A DNA stretch of 59,409 nucleotides from Candidatus Velthaea sp. GTDB lineage: Bacteria > Vulcanimicrobiota > Vulcanimicrobiia > Vulcanimicrobiales > Vulcanimicrobiaceae. Made by a program: the position numbers and the translations under genes. Below are positions 31,583 through 41,484 of the stretch, piece after piece (the stretch's first letter is position 1; each line of letters opens with the position of its first letter). Under the pieces are notes generated by a model. It had not been told where the DNA came from, made no database searches, and saw only the letters and a program-made list of their open reading frames with translations. The stretch spans positions 1-59,409 of the forward strand of contig JBEKHC010000019.1 of the NCBI GenBank assembly GCA_050012475.1. Reading direction: 5' to 3'.

Positions 31583-33241
31583 ATGAGTAGACAAGCCATC
31601 GTCGGCCTGTTCACGATCCTCGGATTGCTAGCGCTCTTCGTGGTTTTTTTCGTGCTGAGCAACGTGGGCACGGGCGGCCGCTATAAGATCGGGGTGCACT
31701 TCCGCTCCGCCTCGGGCATTCACAAAGGTGCGCTGGTGTACGAGAGCGGCGTCAACGTCGGCATCGTCGATTCGCTCGAGTTGCAGCCGGCCGACTTTAC
31801 CGTCGATATCATCTTGGCGATCAACAACAACGTCGACATCCCGCGCGACGCGCGGTTCATCATTCAGGCGCCGCTTACCGGCGACGCGACCTTGGAGATC
31901 GTCCCCAAAGCGCCGCAGCCGCGGCCCTCGGGTCTCGCCGCGCCGACGCCGGCGCCCGGCGCCGTGGCCGTGCTGCCGCGGGTCGTTCTCCCGCTCGAAC
32001 AGCAGCCGCAAGGCACCAATCCGGCAACGTTGGAAGATTTGCTCGAACAGGGCCAAGGTGAGGTGACGCGGCTCGATACGCTGCTCACCGACCTCGAGCA
32101 GCGCGAACCGGCGCTGCTCAACACGCTGCAATCGGCGCTTACCAACGCAAACGAACTCTCGATCACGACCAACCGGCAAGTGCAAAAGCTGGCGCGCACC
32201 CTCGATGCGCTGCAGGGCCCGCTTGGCTCGACGTTGGCTTCGACTACGGCGAAGATCGTCGATCTCACCACGCGCTTCGACGACCTCGCCAAGACCGCTC
32301 AGCCGCAAGTCGTGACGTTGCTGACGAGTTTCAACCAGTCGGCGGCGGCGCTCAACGATACCGTCAACCAACTGCACGGCCTGTCGAAGAATCCCGAACT
32401 GCGCGCCAACCTCATCGACACCACGCGCTACATCGCGCAAACCTCGCAGACGATCGCCCTGCTCGTGGGCGACTTTCGCAACGTGACCGGCAACGCTCAA
32501 ACCCAAGCGCAGTTGCGCGACACCATCGCCAACATCGATGCAACGACGCAGCGCGCGAACAGTCTGCTCGGGCAATTGGGGGGTACCAGCGACGTCTACG
32601 GCGTCGATCCGAACGCGACCCCCGCGCCGGTTCCGTCGCCCGCGGCGTCGGGGGCGCCGACGCCCATCGGTCTGCCGCCCACGCCGCTTCCCGGCGTGAC
32701 GATCCTGCCGGCAAGCGGCACTCCGCCGCCGGCCGGCTCACCGGGCGCCGCGCCGGCGAAGTTGCGTGCGCGGCTGCAGTCGATCGCGGCAAGCTTGGTG
32801 GCGATTCAAATTCGGGTCAGCGAGCTTGACGCGCAGAACGCGAGCAGTTTCAGCTCCCCGTTGCTCACCAAGGATCGCGGTCCGCAAACCGACTTCAATC
32901 TGGTCGCTCTGCCGCACGGACGCACCAGCTTATTGACGGGCGCCAACGATATCGGCAGCGCGGGAACGACGTCGTACAACTTCGCCGCGTTGCAGTCGAT
33001 CGGTCCCAGCAACAACTTCCGCGTCGGGGGCGGCGTGCTGTACTCGCGGCTGGGTTTGCTCGCGGGTTATGCTCCGCGCACGGGTCTGGGGTTGGAGGCG
33101 CGGGCGTACGATCTGCGGCATCCGACGCTCGACGGCTACGCGACGCTTCATGCGGCGCCCGGCATCGAACTCTTCGGCGGTGAACGCGATGCCCTGCACT
33201 CCGGCCGGCGAACGGTCTTCGGGCTGCAGCTGCAGTTTTAG
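31583..33241 (+). CDS. mlaD: MlaD/MCE-family protein with long helical region and beta-barrel-like C-terminus
   Basis: N-terminal TM, MCE domain (GIHKGALVYESGVNVGIV), helical repeats, Pro-rich linker, amphipathic strands ending GLQLQF. Confidence 0.85.
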   Translation: MSRQAIVGLFTILGLLALFVVFFVLSNVGTGGRYKIGVHFRSASGIHKGALVYESGVNVGIVDSLELQPADFTVDIILAINNNVDIPRDARFIIQAPLTGDATLEIVPKAPQPRPSGLAAPTPAPGAVAVLPRVVLPLEQQPQGTNPATLEDLLEQGQGEVTRLDTLLTDLEQREPALLNTLQSALTNANELSITTNRQVQKLARTLDALQGPLGSTLASTTAKIVDLTTRFDDLAKTAQPQVVTLLTSFNQSAAALNDTVNQLHGLSKNPELRANLIDTTRYIAQTSQTIALLVGDFRNVTGNAQTQAQLRDTIANIDATTQRANSLLGQLGGTSDVYGVDPNATPAPVPSPAASGAPTPIGLPPTPLPGVTILPASGTPPPAGSPGAAPAKLRARLQSIAASLVAIQIRVSELDAQNASSFSSPLLTKDRGPQTDFNLVALPHGRTSLLTGANDIGSAGTTSYNFAALQSIGPSNNFRVGGGVLYSRLGLLAGYAPRTGLGLEARAYDLRHPTLDGYATLHAAPGIELFGGERDALHSGRRTVFGLQLQF

Positions 33242-33248
33242 CGTTGCG

Positions 33249-33953
33249 GTGATTCCTTATGGCGACGAGCGCCGGCTGCCGATTTTTCCGATCGTCGTCT
33301 ACGGTCTGATCGCGCTCAACGTCTACGTTTTCTTGCAAGAGCTTGCGGCTCCTAACGCCGACGCGTTCATCAGTGCGTTCGCCGCCATTCCGTTCGACAT
33401 CAGCAACGACATCGTGTTAGCGCCGCCGAGCCCGCCTATTCCCGCACTCACGATGGTGACGTCGATGTTCTTGCACGGCAGCTTCCTGCATATTTTTTTC
33501 AACATGCTGTTTCTGTTCGTGTTCGGCCCGAATATCGAGTACGTGTGCGGACACGTGCGATTTCTGCTGCTCTATTTGGTGTGCGGCATTGCCGGTGCGC
33601 TGGCGATGATCTCGGTCGGTCCGGCCAGCCACGTGCCGGAGATCGGCGCATCCGGCGCGATCGCCGGGATTCTGGGCGCCTACATCGTCAACTTTCCGCA
33701 GGCCACGGTAAATACGATCGTGCCGATCGGCTGTCTGCCGCTGTTTCTGCGCTTACCGGCCTTCGTCGTGATCGGCGTCTGGGCCGGGGTGCAGTTTCTC
33801 CATGGTTTCGGATCCCTTTCCGACAAAGTAGCCAGCGAACAGGGCGGCACGGCCTACTTCGCCCACATCGGCGGATTCTGCGCCGGCGTTCTGCTCATCG
33901 GCCTGTTTCGCATCCGTCCGGCAAGCGGCCGGGCGTTCCGGTTCTATTGGTGA
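33249..33953 (+). CDS. Rhomboid-family intramembrane serine protease
   Basis: TSMFLHGSFLHIFFNM, GASGAIAG, AHIGGF. Confidence 0.93.
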   Translation: MIPYGDERRLPIFPIVVYGLIALNVYVFLQELAAPNADAFISAFAAIPFDISNDIVLAPPSPPIPALTMVTSMFLHGSFLHIFFNMLFLFVFGPNIEYVCGHVRFLLLYLVCGIAGALAMISVGPASHVPEIGASGAIAGILGAYIVNFPQATVNTIVPIGCLPLFLRLPAFVVIGVWAGVQFLHGFGSLSDKVASEQGGTAYFAHIGGFCAGVLLIGLFRIRPASGRAFRFYW

Positions 33954-33982
33954 GGGGAAGATGAGGCTGGCTACGCGTCGAG

Positions 33983-34903
33983 GTGACGCCCATTAAGATC
34001 GGGATCATTGGCGCCGGAGCGATCGGCACGCTCTTTGGGTACAAGTTGGCGGCCAAGAACGACGTCACGATGCTCGAGGTGCGCCGCGAGATCGTCACGA
34101 CGATCAAGCGCGACGGCCTGCGGTTGGGCGAGGGGGAGGCCCGACGAGTGAGTGCCTCGTCGGAATCGCGCGATCTCTTCGGCGTGACGGCCCTGTTCAT
34201 TTTCGTTCGCGCGACGGATACGCTGCGTGCGCTGCGTCCGTTCGTCGGCGAACTCAACCCGTCCACCGCGATCGTTTCGCTGCAGAACGGCATCGGCAAC
34301 GAAGAAGCGATCAAGGCCGCGCTGGGCGGCCATATCGCGCTGGTCTTGGGCGCCACGACCGAGTCGTCGCTGACGGTGGCGGCGGGCGCGGCGCTGCCCG
34401 TAGGTGAGGGCAAAACCGTACTCGGCAGCGGCGGCGCATCGCCGGAAACGTGCAATCGGATCGCCCGTTTGCTCGATGAGTGCGGGATCCCGGCCTCGAC
34501 GGTGTACGATATCCGTCCGCATCTGTGGGGCAAGCTGATCGCCAATGCAGCGATCAATCCGGTCGCCGCACTGCTCGACCGCCCCAACGGCGTGGTGCTC
34601 GACGATCCCAATGCCGGCGAAGTCGCGCGTTCGCTGGCGCAAGAGGCGGCAACGGTCGCCAGCGCGGTGCGCATCGCACTTCCGTTCTCCGATCCGTGGA
34701 GCTACGTGCGCACCATCGTCGAGCAAACCGCAGCGATGCGCAACTCGATGCTCTACGACCTCGATAACGGCGCCAAAACGGAAATCGATTTCATCAACGG
34801 GGCCGTCGTTGCGACCGGGCGGCGAGCCGCGGTGCCGACGCCGTACAACGAAACCATCGTACGGTTGGTCAAGGCACGGGAATCACTCAATAGGCTTTCC
34901 TGA
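33983..34903 (+). CDS. panE: 2-dehydropantoate 2-reductase
   Basis: GAGAIG, LQNGIG, WGKLIANAAIN, SMLYD, TEIDFING. Confidence 0.9.
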   Translation: MTPIKIGIIGAGAIGTLFGYKLAAKNDVTMLEVRREIVTTIKRDGLRLGEGEARRVSASSESRDLFGVTALFIFVRATDTLRALRPFVGELNPSTAIVSLQNGIGNEEAIKAALGGHIALVLGATTESSLTVAAGAALPVGEGKTVLGSGGASPETCNRIARLLDECGIPASTVYDIRPHLWGKLIANAAINPVAALLDRPNGVVLDDPNAGEVARSLAQEAATVASAVRIALPFSDPWSYVRTIVEQTAAMRNSMLYDLDNGAKTEIDFINGAVVATGRRAAVPTPYNETIVRLVKARESLNRLS

Positions 34904-35154
34904 CGGGCGGCGGGCGTCATCGAGCGTCGCAATATTGATGCTGTTGGAAAAGATAGTCTTCACGTAACTTCACCCGATCTGCGCGCGGACTTGTTCGTGC
35001 AGTGATGGTTCGCGGTACGCGCAACGTGCGTCCGGAACGGCGAACGGTCGTTGCTGCGGCGCGGGACTTGCTGGGCTCGACGGCGGAGTATGACAACCGG
35101 TAGGTTCCGTTTCGCACCTTCGCTCGGTCGTTACCCGGGCTCCGAGGTTGGACT

Positions 35155-35835
35155 TTGGATCTTTTTTGGAGTTTACCGGACTCGCGTGACATTGTCGGCC
35201 TCGACGCTTCGCTTGACGAACTCTTCAGTGTCACGCAAAGCCGGAAGTACGAAGCCGGTGCGTCGCTGTCAGATCCCGAGATTGCTCCGGAGCGTGCGTT
35301 CCGCTGCATCTCGGGCACGATCAAAGTGACCAAGCTCCTCATGAGCGGGCGCGAGATCCTCATCACGATCTTGCGCACCGGTTCGCTTTGGAGCGACCGC
35401 GCAGTGCTCAACGGTTATTGGAAGGGCATCTTCATCGAAGCGATGGAACCGTGTGAGGTTGCTTCGGTCGAAGCCGCGGCATTCGAGCGTGTCATTCGGT
35501 CGTCGCCGGACTTGCACGACCGATTTATGGTGCGGATATCGGAGCAGATTTCCGGCGCGCTGACGTTGCTGGACGACTTCCACGGCCGCGACGTTGCTTC
35601 GCGCCTGGCCCGGATTCTGGTGCGCTTCTCCAAACAATACGGTGTCCCGACGCAGAGCGGTGTGCGCATCGAACTCCCGGTGACGCACCAGGATTTAGCG
35701 AACATGATCGGCACGGCGCGCGAAACCGTGTCACGCAATATGGCACTGTTCCGCCAGCAAGGGTACGTGAGCGAGGGCCACTGCGCGACGCTCGAGATCC
35801 TCAATCTCGAGTCGCTCGAAAAGCTCATGGCATAA
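35155..35835 (+). CDS. Crp/Fnr-family transcriptional regulator
   Basis: cNMP-fold N-terminus (SGREILI) and HTH THQDLANMIGTARETVSR. Confidence 0.9.
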   Translation: MDLFWSLPDSRDIVGLDASLDELFSVTQSRKYEAGASLSDPEIAPERAFRCISGTIKVTKLLMSGREILITILRTGSLWSDRAVLNGYWKGIFIEAMEPCEVASVEAAAFERVIRSSPDLHDRFMVRISEQISGALTLLDDFHGRDVASRLARILVRFSKQYGVPTQSGVRIELPVTHQDLANMIGTARETVSRNMALFRQQGYVSEGHCATLEILNLESLEKLMA

Positions 35836-35970
35836 CGGCAGGATTCGCGGTGCTGTACGCGCCGCGAATCCATGGCGTTCGGCCCTGCGGGGTTCAGCTG
35901 CGCTGAACCCGTGGCGTTCGGCAATGCGGGCCGAGCCGCGGTGGCATTCGGCAATGCGGGCCGAGCCGCG
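35833..35970. repeat. REP-like palindromic repeat cluster, family 1, copy B, with a 30-bp tandem unit
   Basis: Same hairpin as 28822, an extra hairpin GGGTTCAGC-TGC-GCTGAACCC, and units 35911-35940 and 35941-35970 that differ at one base. Confidence 0.85.
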
Positions 35971-36000
35971 CACCTGGCGTATGTTGCTCGTTGATGTGCG

Positions 36001-37071
36001 TTAGTGCGGTGTGTTGGCCGCTTTGAAGATGATGGTCCAGGTTTGGCCGGCGTTGTCGGTCATGAGGATTTCGTCGCCGACCGCGCGGCCGTCGACGAGC
36101 GTGCGGACACCGATCCAGCCGTGCCGGCCCGAAGTGAAGACCGGTGCCGAGGTAACGACGAGGGCGCCGAGCGTGACGTTCTTCCAGGACCGGCCGGCAT
36201 TGGTCGTCGCACCAAACGAGGATTGCCCGCCGGCTCCACACGGGCCGCAGAATCCCGCAATAGACGCGGCGCGGCGTGAATAGGCAGTCATACTCGTCGC
36301 TTCGCTGCCGGGACCTTTCGCCACGTGGGGCAGCGACGGAGCTTGCCCACCCGTGGCGATCGGTTTCCAACTTCGGCCCGCGTCGGTGCTGCGCGCGAGA
36401 ACGTATGCGCCCCCGCCGGCGTGTCCTCCGAGATCGACCAGGTCGTATACGCTGCTGCGCGTGCAATGCAGCGTGTGCCCGGCAATTCCGGTTTGACCGT
36501 CGGTCGGCGGGCGGGTGGTCTGGGCCCAGGTTCGACCGCCGTCGCGGGTTGCGGCGATGCCGTCGAAGGCGCCCGGTGCCGGTGCGGTCACCGCGCCGCT
36601 GACGAATCCCGTCTGCCGGTCGGAGAAGCAGACGGCACTCAGCGGCCGGTTGAACGACGCGCGCCGCCACGTCTTCGCGCCGTCGGCCGTCACATAGAGC
36701 AAACGGTCCGTGCCGATGGCGAAGCCGGCGCGCTCGGAGGCGAAAGCGATGTGCACGAGCGCGGGTCGCGGCTGCGCGGCGATCTGCCAGGTCGCACCGT
36801 CGTCGGTGGTGTGCAGCACCGCCCCGTCAGCCAGCGCGAACAACGACCGGCGGCGAACGATGACCAACTCATCGACCCGCCGTCCACGGAATTGCGGCTT
36901 CCACGAGCGGCCTCCGTCTTGCGTGACGTCGATTCCGCCGCTGCCGGCGACCCAGCCGTGCCGGTCGTCGGCAAAGGCGAAAGCCAGAAACTTGGCCCCA
37001 CTGCTGTCTTGCGCGAGTGCCGCGTTCGACATCAGGCCCATCGCGGCGAACGCAACAACAGCACCCTTCAT
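36001..37071 (-). CDS. Secreted YCF48/BNR-repeat beta-propeller protein
   Basis: Signal peptide; repeated T/SxDGGxT/SW motifs (TQDGGRSW, TDDGATW, TRDGGRTW, STDAGRSW). Confidence 0.85.
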   Translation of the reverse strand: MKGAVVAFAAMGLMSNAALAQDSSGAKFLAFAFADDRHGWVAGSGGIDVTQDGGRSWKPQFRGRRVDELVIVRRRSLFALADGAVLHTTDDGATWQIAAQPRPALVHIAFASERAGFAIGTDRLLYVTADGAKTWRRASFNRPLSAVCFSDRQTGFVSGAVTAPAPGAFDGIAATRDGGRTWAQTTRPPTDGQTGIAGHTLHCTRSSVYDLVDLGGHAGGGAYVLARSTDAGRSWKPIATGGQAPSLPHVAKGPGSEATSMTAYSRRAASIAGFCGPCGAGGQSSFGATTNAGRSWKNVTLGALVVTSAPVFTSGRHGWIGVRTLVDGRAVGDEILMTDNAGQTWTIIFKAANTPH

Positions 37072-37184
37072 TGCGCCGCTTTCCGTGCTGCGGCAACCGG
37101 TGCCTGGACGACTGGGCTCGCTATTGCGGGCCTCGAGCGGCCGCGGGCGGTGCGGCCGAAACCGGGACGTTGCGCCGAGCGATT

Positions 37185-38189
37185 ATGGCCAGCGTGAAAG
37201 CCGCAATCGTTTCATCCGCCCAAGCGCCCTGGACGATCTCCGACGTCGCAATGCCCGAGCCCGGCGCGAATCAGGTCGTCATCAAAGTCCACGCCAGCGG
37301 GTTGTGCTACACCGACGTGCATCAGGCGCTCGGACACTTCGGTATGCCCTATCCAATGCGTTTGGGCCACGAGCCGGTGGGCGAGATCGTCGCGCTCGGC
37401 CCGGGCGTCACCAGCCGAAGCATCGGCGACCGCGTCGGCGTGCCGTGGATCCAAGCCTCGTGCGGACGCTGCGAGTGGTGTACGCGCGGGCTGCCGATCA
37501 CGTGTCCCAACCTCATCCAGGCCGCCATCGATATGCCGGGTGGTCACGCCGAATATTTGCTGGCCTTCGCCGCGGCGACGATCCTGCTGCCGGAAAACGT
37601 CAGCTACGAACAAGCCGCGCCGATCATGTGCGCCGGCTATACCGTGTACAGCGGTTTGCGCATCGCCGAGCCGCAGGTTCGCGACCGGATTGCGGTGCTC
37701 GGCATCGGGGGCCTGGGCCACCTCGCCGTGCAGTTCGCGCATGCCGCCGGATTCCACACGATCGCGATCACCCAATCACCCGACAAAGTCGAGCTCGCCC
37801 TGCACCTGGGTGCCGACGAAGTCTTTGCCGACGCTGTCGAATTGGCCAAGGCCGGCGGGGCGGACGTGGTGCTCGCCACGAGCAACTCCAATGCCGCGAT
37901 GCAGCAGGCCGTCGAAGCCCTGCGGCCCTTGGGCCGCCTCGTGATCATGGGAGTCGATGGGGGATCGCTCTTTTCTTTCGCCCCCACGGCGGTGCTGACC
38001 AAACGCATCAAGATTTTGACGTCGACGCAAAACGATCGTCGCGACTTGTACGACGCCTTGCAGTATGTGGCCGAGGGCAAGGTCAAGGTTGCTACCGAGA
38101 CCTTCGCGCTCGACGACATCGCCAGCGCCTACGACAAGGTGGCGGGCGGGACGGTCCGCTTCCGCGCGGTCATCCTCCCCAACGGATAG
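37185..38189 (+). CDS. Zinc-dependent alcohol dehydrogenase (MDR family)
   Basis: GLCYTD, GHEPVG, CGRCEWC...C, MCAG, GIGGLG. Confidence 0.95.
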   Translation: MASVKAAIVSSAQAPWTISDVAMPEPGANQVVIKVHASGLCYTDVHQALGHFGMPYPMRLGHEPVGEIVALGPGVTSRSIGDRVGVPWIQASCGRCEWCTRGLPITCPNLIQAAIDMPGGHAEYLLAFAAATILLPENVSYEQAAPIMCAGYTVYSGLRIAEPQVRDRIAVLGIGGLGHLAVQFAHAAGFHTIAITQSPDKVELALHLGADEVFADAVELAKAGGADVVLATSNSNAAMQQAVEALRPLGRLVIMGVDGGSLFSFAPTAVLTKRIKILTSTQNDRRDLYDALQYVAEGKVKVATETFALDDIASAYDKVAGGTVRFRAVILPNG

Positions 38190-38228
38190 CAAAAGTGCCG
38201 CGCGCCGAGGCGCAGCGGGCGGCGGGGT

Positions 38229-39005
38229 TTAGTGCGCGCGGAGGAGTTCGCGTCCGAATCGGCCGGTGCGAACGTCGTCGGCGTAGGCCTGCAACCCGCT
38301 CGTCGCGGCGGCTTTCAGATCGACGTAGGGATGCGCGAACGGCGGCGGATGGTTCGAAAGACCCAAGAGGTCGTTGAGGACCAGGATCTGAGCGTCGCAG
38401 TGCGGCCCGCTGCCGATCCCGATGGTGGGAATCGGGATCGCGCGCGTGATCTCGGCGGCGACGTTGCCGTCGACCATCTCGAGCACCACGGCAAAGGCGC
38501 CGGCAGCCGTGACGGCGCGCGCGTCGGCGAGCAATTCGGCGCTGTTGGTGCGCTTGCGAAAGCCGTCGTGCAGAGCGGCGGTCTGCGGGATCACCCCGAT
38601 ATGGGCGACCACCGGAATGCCGGCGGCAACGATCGCCGAGATTCGTGCGGCATGCCCGGCGCCCTCGAGTTTGACCGACTGCGCTCCGGCACGCACCAGG
38701 ATGCCCGCGTTGCGGATCGCCTCCTCGTCGCTGACCTCGTACGACATGAACGGCATGTCGATGATCACGTGGCTGCGGACCGTCGCGCGCGCGACCGCGC
38801 TGCCGTGCCGCACCATGTCTTGGAGCGTGACGTGGACGGTCGAATCGTACCCGAGGATCACGTTTCCGAGCGAGTCGCCGACGAGGATGACGTCGATGCC
38901 GGCAGCCTCGATCGCCGCGCAGAAGCTGACGTCGTAGGCGGTGACGGTGGCGAAGGGCGTGCCCTTGCGGCTGCGGATTTCGGCCGAGCGGACGCGTTGC
39001 TGCAT
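38229..39005 (-). CDS. panB: 3-methyl-2-oxobutanoate hydroxymethyltransferase
   Basis: TAYD, LVGDSLG, DMPFMSY, VKLEG, HIG, IPTIGIGSG...DAQILV. Confidence 0.96.
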   Translation of the reverse strand: MQQRVRSAEIRSRKGTPFATVTAYDVSFCAAIEAAGIDVILVGDSLGNVILGYDSTVHVTLQDMVRHGSAVARATVRSHVIIDMPFMSYEVSDEEAIRNAGILVRAGAQSVKLEGAGHAARISAIVAAGIPVVAHIGVIPQTAALHDGFRKRTNSAELLADARAVTAAGAFAVVLEMVDGNVAAEITRAIPIPTIGIGSGPHCDAQILVLNDLLGLSNHPPPFAHPYVDLKAAATSGLQAYADDVRTGRFGRELLRAH

Positions 39006-39136
39006 CAGAATGTGCTGCTCATGCTGTTGTGTATGTTTGGAGAAGACGGCCGCTTTCCGCTTTTGCCGGTCCGGCCGGGTTCGGGCGTCGACATCCGCTC
39101 GGGAAAAGCCGACGCCCACGAGGTATCTGTCCCCTC

Positions 39137-40024
39137 ATGGTTCATGACGAGTCCCTGACGATCGCCCGAACGATCGCCGACGCGCGCGGCACCGTAGCCG
39201 GCTGGCGGGCCCGCGGACTGTCCGTCGGTTTGGTTCCGACGATGGGTTGGCTGCACGAGGGTCATCTGGCGCTCGTCGCACGCGCACGCGCCGAGAACGA
39301 TCGCGTGCTGGCGACGCTGTTCGTCAACCCGCTGCAGTTCGGACCGAACGAAGACTTCGACGCCTATCCGCGCGACGACGCCCGCGACTTCGCGCTCTTG
39401 CGCGAGCGACGTTGCGATGCGGTGTTCGCCCCCGGCGTTCGCGAGATGTTTCCGGATCGGAGCGGCGCACTCGACGATGCATGGACGCGCGTGTCCGTCG
39501 CACCGCTGGCCAACGCCTTGTGCGGGTTGAACCGCCCCGGACATTTTGACGGTGTGGCCACGATCGTGCTGCGGCTGCTGATGATCGCGCTCCCCGATGC
39601 GGCGTACTTTGGCGAGAAAGACTTCCAGCAGTTGACGATCATCAAGCGGATGGTAGCCGATCTGGACGTTCCGGTGCGGATCGCCGGCGTTGCGATCGTC
39701 CGCGAGCCCGACGGTCTGGCGCTTTCGTCCCGCAACGCGTACTTAAGTGCGGCCCAGCGGACGGTTGCGCCCGCTCTCCAGCGCGGGCTCATCGCGGTCC
39801 GCGCCGAGCTAAGTCGCGGCAGCGCCCCCGAGGCCGCCGTCGCAGACGCCCGCCGGCAGCTGCTTGCCGACGGTTTCGATCGGGTCGATTACCTGACGTT
39901 GGCGTCCGGCCGAACGCTGCAGGAATTGGCGGCCGTCGAGCCCGGCGCACGGCTGTTCGCTGCAGCATGGCTGGGGCGCACGCGCTTGATCGACAACATC
40001 CCCGTCGAGCTGACCGGCGAGTAG
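39137..40024 (+). CDS. panC: Pantoate--beta-alanine ligase
   Basis: VPTMGWLHEGH, FVNPLQF, RPGHFDGV, FGEKDFQQ, DGLALSSRN, RLIDN. Confidence 0.97.
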   Translation: MVHDESLTIARTIADARGTVAGWRARGLSVGLVPTMGWLHEGHLALVARARAENDRVLATLFVNPLQFGPNEDFDAYPRDDARDFALLRERRCDAVFAPGVREMFPDRSGALDDAWTRVSVAPLANALCGLNRPGHFDGVATIVLRLLMIALPDAAYFGEKDFQQLTIIKRMVADLDVPVRIAGVAIVREPDGLALSSRNAYLSAAQRTVAPALQRGLIAVRAELSRGSAPEAAVADARRQLLADGFDRVDYLTLASGRTLQELAAVEPGARLFAAAWLGRTRLIDNIPVELTGE

Positions 40025-40144
40025 CACACTTCGCCGTCGGAGCCAAAGTATTTCACCGCTTGTGCCGATCAGGAGAAGGGTAAAGAAGCCGCGTCGGAGG
40101 CACCGAGCTTGACGCGTGCTCGTCGCACTTCGCTTGCCGGGTGA

Positions 40145-40573
40145 ATGAAATCGATGTCGCAACGACTGACGAAATTGCGTGAACTGTTCGCTCGAGTGTC
40201 ACAGCTGTTTACAGGCCGAACGCGTATCGCCGTACCGCTCAATGCGCGCGAGTTTTGCGCAGCCTGTAAAGAATTGGCATTTTGGAGTGCTTCAGACGCC
40301 GGTCTGGACGGCGCGATCGAAACGTTTGACGGATCGATGCTCCACCCGGCCGCTGACGGGATGCTCACGATCCGCATGACGCTGCGCGACAATTGGGAGA
40401 ACCGTTCGCCGGCCGAAGCGGCGGCAGCGGTTCTGCGCTCGTTCGAGGGGTTGCGCGTCCTGCTGTTGCTGGAAATTAACGGTTCGCGGTTCGTCAACAT
40501 GGCCCCCAACGTCAACCTCGGCGTTCGGGAACTCGCCCAAAGCTTTACCAACCGCAGCGGACTCGCCGGTTAA
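40145..40573 (+). CDS. Hypothetical protein
   Basis: 142-aa ORF filling the gap after panC; no recognisable motif. Confidence 0.5.
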   Translation: MKSMSQRLTKLRELFARVSQLFTGRTRIAVPLNAREFCAACKELAFWSASDAGLDGAIETFDGSMLHPAADGMLTIRMTLRDNWENRSPAEAAAAVLRSFEGLRVLLLLEINGSRFVNMAPNVNLGVRELAQSFTNRSGLAG

Positions 40574-40579
40574 ACCGGC

Positions 40580-40894
40580 CTACTTCGCTTCGCGCTTCTT
40601 GCGACGGAAGTCGATCACGCGCACGCGACGGTCGACGTAGAACCCGGCGCACAGCACCAGCAGGCCGCTGACAGGCAAAAGCCAGGTAATGAGATACGGT
40701 TCGAGCGGGGACATCCCCGGCACGCTGGGCGTCGACGGATGTGCCTGCGTCAGGCCGCCCTCGCCGGCCCGCTCCGCACCCGGGACGGTCGGTAAAGGGG
40801 CAGGCGACTGCGCATTCGCCGGCGGGCCCGAGAGCAGGAACCCCAGGGCGAGCGAGGCGAGAACGGGAGAAAGCGCGCGAGGCGGCTGCGTCAT
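40580..40894 (-). CDS. Small secreted/membrane hypothetical protein
   Basis: Signal-like N-terminus, Pro-rich linker, C-terminal TM and basic tail. Confidence 0.55.
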   Translation of the reverse strand: MTQPPRALSPVLASLALGFLLSGPPANAQSPAPLPTVPGAERAGEGGLTQAHPSTPSVPGMSPLEPYLITWLLPVSGLLVLCAGFYVDRRVRVIDFRRKKREAK

Positions 40895-40948
40895 GCGGGT
40901 TGTTGTACCCGGGGACTGGAATGTTACGCGCCGTATGGCCCGGGCTCG

Positions 40949-41416
40949 TTACGATGCGCTTGGCGACTTCGTAAAGACGGCGGCATCGCTCGCGCCCGCC
41001 GGCGTGAGATAGAGCTTGCCGCCGCTGACGCGATACTGAAACTCGCGGTGACTCGAACCTTCGGCAATGCGCAGCGTGTTCGCATCGGGCGTCGCGTACG
41101 TATCCTGTTCCGATTGCACCTTCGGCGCCTTGCCGATCACGCCGGCGAGCGCGCCGCCGGCGGCGACGTACGTTGCGCTGAGCGACCCGTCCGGGGTGAA
41201 CGTGAGTTCGGTGAACTCCGGTGCTTTCGGATCCGGCTTGGGTACCGAGCCGTCGCGCGTCCAGGTCCCGACCAGCGGCGAAACCGAGCGTTCCGCCGTT
41301 TTCTCGGCGTGTTCGCTGCAGGCGGCAAGCGCTGCTGCGGCGAGAAGGGCAAGGCACATTCGGTTGGCGTGAAGCATGCTTCGACGATTCCGCATTTTCA
41401 ACCGGCGAAAACGCAT
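40949..41416 (-). CDS. Lipoprotein with lipocalin-like/DUF5640-like beta domain
   Basis: Lipobox LAAC; LVGTW...LTFTPDGS pattern. True start probably downstream of 41416. Confidence 0.6.
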   Translation of the reverse strand: MRFRRLKMRNRRSMLHANRMCLALLAAAALAACSEHAEKTAERSVSPLVGTWTRDGSVPKPDPKAPEFTELTFTPDGSLSATYVAAGGALAGVIGKAPKVQSEQDTYATPDANTLRIAEGSSHREFQYRVSGGKLYLTPAGASDAAVFTKSPSAS

Positions 41417-41484
41417 CGCAGATCACGCACCGGCGTCAAAGCGAAGGCGTCGATCATCCAAACGGTAAGGAGTGAAGCGACGGC

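Noticed and set aside
35911..35970. 30-bp direct repeats as a CRISPR array
   Set aside because: Two adjacent units with no spacer and no cas genes; the unit recurs at 28861-28890 as part of a REP-like element.
39006..39136. Known pan RNA motif upstream of panB
   Set aside because: A hairpin is present, but I do not see the characteristic bulged-stem sequence pattern of that motif.
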